From the NCBI RefSeq assembly GCF_963676685.1, contig NC_092345.1:93930001-93994000 (forward strand): a stretch of DNA of 64,000 bases, given 5' to 3'. Each line of letters starts with the position of its first letter. Position 1 is the stretch's first letter. A program made the translations under genes and the position numbers. The notes under the pieces were generated by a model that did no database searches, had not been told where the DNA came from, and saw nothing but the letters and a program-made list of their open reading frames with translations. The stretch comes from Mytilus edulis (taxonomy: Eukaryota). This document shows, piece by piece, positions 60,401 to 64,000 of this stretch.

Positions 60401-62904
60401 GGAAAAAGTCTGTACATCATCATTTTAAATTACAATTTTTGTACCTTTTGTATTTTTAATTTGGAAAACTCGTCCTTTGCACTTATTAAATTTTGATGAA
60501 AATAATTTTGATTGCTAAAGCTTTAACCCTGTCTCTGTAAAAAGAGTCAGATATTATTTAATACAATTCTTTTTTTTTTTAAATCTTCCTTTTTAAAAAC
60601 AATTAATTCATGTTAATATATGATTTTAATGAAGAACAGCAAAAAATGCTGTTCCTTTGCTTTTTTTTATTTAAACATACTTTATGTCATGGATTGATAC
60701 CCCCATATCCTTTTTTTTCTATCAAATTTTTTCTCATAGGTATATGGACATTTTATATAACTTAAATTTTCTTCCATATTTCAGGATGTCAGAGCACTAC
60801 TTACATCATGGGATGAACATATTAAATCTTGTGACCTCATTTTCCTTAGAGCTCCTAGTTTTAATAAAAAGATATTTTTCTCCGGCAAAACACCCCCATT
60901 AGATAAAAAAGACAAGCGAATTAGAATGATACCATTTCAGACCAAACGACCAACTCATAATGAGGTTCAAAGAGTTCATCAGATGCTGGCTTCAATAGAA
61001 TCATATGGTAAGTTAAATCTAAGCTAAAATTAAGTAGATGTATCAAATGTTCTTTGTATAGTTTTATGAAGAGTTTGATATTTTCTTACATAACATTTTT
61101 ATCTCTCTAGCATCTTGAGTATTAACTTTTAATAGTTTTATAACACTGAAATCAATTGTTGTTGTACCTTGTTCCATTTTTGGGAGCAAAATTTCTATGA
61201 CACCATTGATAAAGAATTGACCTGCACAGTTTGTGTTTGTTGCATAACTTTTGTAATGTAGTACCTAGATTGACAATGCAGAAAATTCATAATGACTTTG
61301 ACTTTAAAATTTTGATTTGACAGTTTATAAACCTCAGATTTGTTCCTGAGTCGGCATACTTCTGTCAGATTGATCTATCAGTATCTATATGTCAATCTAA
61401 CACAGGCAATGATGATATATAATGAAGTAATGAAAGCCAAAAATCTCAAAATGTCATTGTCTAAATAGTGAATTTCACAGCAGAAATTGAAACACATGTA
61501 TGGGCTATTTGCCCAGCTATCCTGACAACTCTAGTTATTAAACATGAATAATTACTTTTAGGTGAAGAAGCAGGGATACAGGACTTCATTCCTCTTTCTC
61601 CACAGCTGACATTTAGTGCAGATGTTGGAAAGTTAGTTATTGTTCCAGAAGATATATCAGCCTCTCCTAGACATAGAAAAAGTAAGGACAGACTAGGTAC
61701 TTCTCCACTGACTAAACCATATGAAGAAGAGGAAGAAATACCTCGGGAAAAGGGACAAACAAAAATGGGACTTGGTAAGCTATTCTTTTCATTTTATTAC
61801 AATAATGATAAAATAATTTATGTGCATATAAAAAAAATCTCTTTCAATTACAATTCAATCATGCACTTAAAGCTCCGAGTTCAAAATAGTGTAAAACATT
61901 TGTGATTTCTAGATGTGCTGGGTTTATTTTTATATTCAGGTTTCAAAACGAGGGAGGGTATACTGATGGAATGCTTTTATTTTATTTTGTCTTTTTGCTG
62001 AAAATTCAATTCAATTCAAAACTTTATTTATAGTCGGCATGTTACATAACAAATAATCATAAGCTCTCTGAGCTTTTATAACTAACAAATACATATATTT
62101 ACATAATAATCATACACAATACAAATATTAAAACATAAAAGACAAAGAACATACATTTCATGCACATTTAGGCTACACTAATTTAAATACTATATATTAT
62201 ACACATGCATAAGCACTAAGCTAAAAAGCAACACAAAAACTAAAGCACAGCAATCACAAATTATAAAAAAGCTAAGCAAACATTCACAAAAAAGCAGCAC
62301 TATTATGTTTCAAGCTGTAACATAAAAAAGATAAAACTAAACACATGCATTGCAATGCCATGAGTTGCCATTCCATGAGTTTATTAGACTCTTGAATTGG
62401 GTTAAAGATGTTTCGGTTCTAAAATGGTTTGGCAACTCATTCCATAGTTTGGAAGCAGAATATCTGAAAGATTTCAAGCCATACCTTGTTGTTCTTACGT
62501 CAGGTATTTCAGCTAGATATTGGTATCTGAAAGAATATTTTGTTTTTTTAATATGAATTAGATCATGGAGGTATACTGGATTTTCATGATTAAAGACCTC
62601 TATTGCCATGGTTCTTAGGGCTATCTTACTCTTAAAATGAATTTGCTTATCATTATATATATATGAATTAATAGTTATTATATAAATATTGTATTTTTAG
62701 ACTATTTATTAAAAAGTGAAAGTTTTCCCACTTCTTCTGGAAATTCTACAGCAAGTGACTCAGAATTAGTAGCAGTTATGCAGACACTTAAAACAGACCA
62801 TCTCAAAGAATTTGACATGTCCAAAAAACCAAAAAGGAAGAAAAATACCAGAAAACGAAGACTTTCCTTAAAACATCAAGTTGAGCCTGGAACCAACCCT
62901 TTGG
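54457..62904 (+). CDS. ANKZF1: Ankyrin repeat and zinc finger domain protein 1 / Vms1 (RQC peptidyl-tRNA nuclease), 3'-incomplete in window
   Basis: Exons 54457-54643, 55461-55546, 58266-58362, 58801-59051, 59431-59546, 60213-60360, 60785-61007, 61562-61774 and 62701-62904, phases consistent. C2H2 finger [27 protein letters not shown]; acidic [10 protein letters not shown]; VLRF1 domain [26 protein letters not shown] (catalytic Gln), [27 protein letters not shown]. Ankyrin exons lie beyond 64000. Confidence 0.95.
55978..57951 (+). mobile_element. Non-autonomous Helentron/HINE (DINE-1/pearl-like) element carrying satellite arrays
   Basis: 5' subTIR tttatacgaccgca with partner cgtcgtata and a (cgt)n microsatellite. 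Central ~160-bp repeats (starts ~56063, 56222, 56383, 56545) and further repeat blocks. 3' subTIR tgcggtcgtataaa (57913-57926), short GC-rich stem-loop, T-rich insertion site. Confidence 0.8.
58432..58595. repeat. Five degenerate copies of gactcacctagtcgttcatgaaaaa in an ANKZF1 intron
   Basis: Copies start near 58432, 58467, 58495, 58539 and 58569. Confidence 0.75.
62004..62632 (-). mobile_element. 5'-truncated CR1/L2-group LINE 3' end
   Basis: ORF end ...[22 protein letters not shown]...[19 protein letters not shown] (62337-62609), then a 3'UTR, AATAAA and a (TTGAA)n tail on minus. Confidence 0.85.
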
Positions 62905-63297
62905 GTAAAATATATGAAGATATAAATATATTTTTTAACACATTTTAATAACTTTGAGGCACAAGTGTTGATCATTTTTATCTCAAAAAGGCAAATGAAT
63001 TTTAATATGCTTGTAGAAATTCAAATACTATTATAGAACTTACAGGACTTTTCTCTTCTCAGTTCTAAATGATTAGCAAATTTCTGCTTATTGGTGTTTC
63101 AAATTACAACAGACATGTTATAGTCCCTTGACCATCAGCCTTTCTGGGAAGTGATAAGTCAGATTACGAATCCATTATTTTTTTAATATCCATTGACTAT
63201 ATTGTTTCAATGACTAACTTTTGCATCTGATAAATCATTGCTTGGGAACAGCAAAGACTTTGTTACACAAAAACATGATTTAAATTTTGAAGTATGT

Positions 63298-64000
63298 ATA
63301 AAATTGAAAATGGAAATGGGGAATGTGTCAAAGAGACAGCAACCAGACCAAATAAAAAACAACAGCAGAGGGTCACCAACAGGTCTTCAATGTAGCGAGA
63401 AATTCCCGCACCCGGAGGCGTCCTTCAGCTGGCCCTTAAACAAATATATACTAGTCCAGTGATAATGAACGCCATACTAGTTTCCAAATTGTACACAAGA
63501 AACTATAACAAAGGCCAGAGGCTCCTGACTTGGGACAGGCGCAAAAATGCGGCGGGGTTAAACATGTTTGTGAGATCTCAACCCTCCCCCTATACCTCTA
63601 ACCAATGTAGAAAAGTAAACGCATAACAATACGCACATTAAAATTCAGTTCAAGAGAAGTCGGAGTCTGATATCAGAAGATGTAACCAAAGAAAATAAAC
63701 GAAATGACAATAATACATAAATAACAACAGACTACTAGCAGTTAACTGACATGCCAGCTCCAGACTTCAATTAAACTGACTGAAAGATTATGATTTCATC
63801 ATATGAACATCAGACACAATCCTTCCCGTTAGGGGTTTAGTATCATACCATCATAACATATATGAGAAGAACATAACCCGTGTCATGCCAACAACTGTTT
63901 TTAGAATAAATGTGTTCCGATGCAAAGACCTTATCAGTGACTCAATATTAACTCCAAAATATCGATCTTTAATGACTTGACAACAGTATCGTAATTATAT
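63298..64000 (-). mobile_element. Abundant SINE-like element (runs off window)
   Basis: ataaaattgaaaatggaaatggggaatgtgtcaaagagac...cacccggaggcgtccttcagctggccc...ggctcctgacttgggacaggc. Partial copies near 6815-6895, 20385-20540, 42706-43230, 46972-47086 and 50440-50590. Confidence 0.7.

Overview
AT-rich, intron-containing animal genomic DNA. The repeat families look bivalve (Mytilus-like), which is inference. There is no prokaryotic system, CRISPR array, rRNA or intact tRNA gene. Six spliced protein-coding genes were reconstructed by hand, each with GT-AG junctions and continuous frames: two convergent CYSTM-family paralogs (+3898-4587, -8306-9356); a C7orf78-like gene (+19540-23243); a 10-exon L-galactose-dehydrogenase-like aldo-keto reductase (-28065-41161); IDI1 (-47738-52572); and ANKZF1/Vms1 (+54457 onward, running off the window), head-to-head with IDI1. 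Introns and intergenic DNA are packed with non-autonomous transposons (IS3EU-like foldback, MULE, Kolobok-like, Helentron-like, Helitron-like), LINE, Penelope and RTE remnants, and SINE-like repeats. The most unusual signal is repeated local duplication of exon-intron boundaries. A 75-bp array gives 12 copies of the AKR exon-4 3' end plus its GT donor, with an in-frame TAA in each unit. IDI1 carries three separate splice-site duplications, one of them a perfect in-frame 45-bp copy containing a metal-binding motif. All coordinates were read by eye; repeat edges are approximate.
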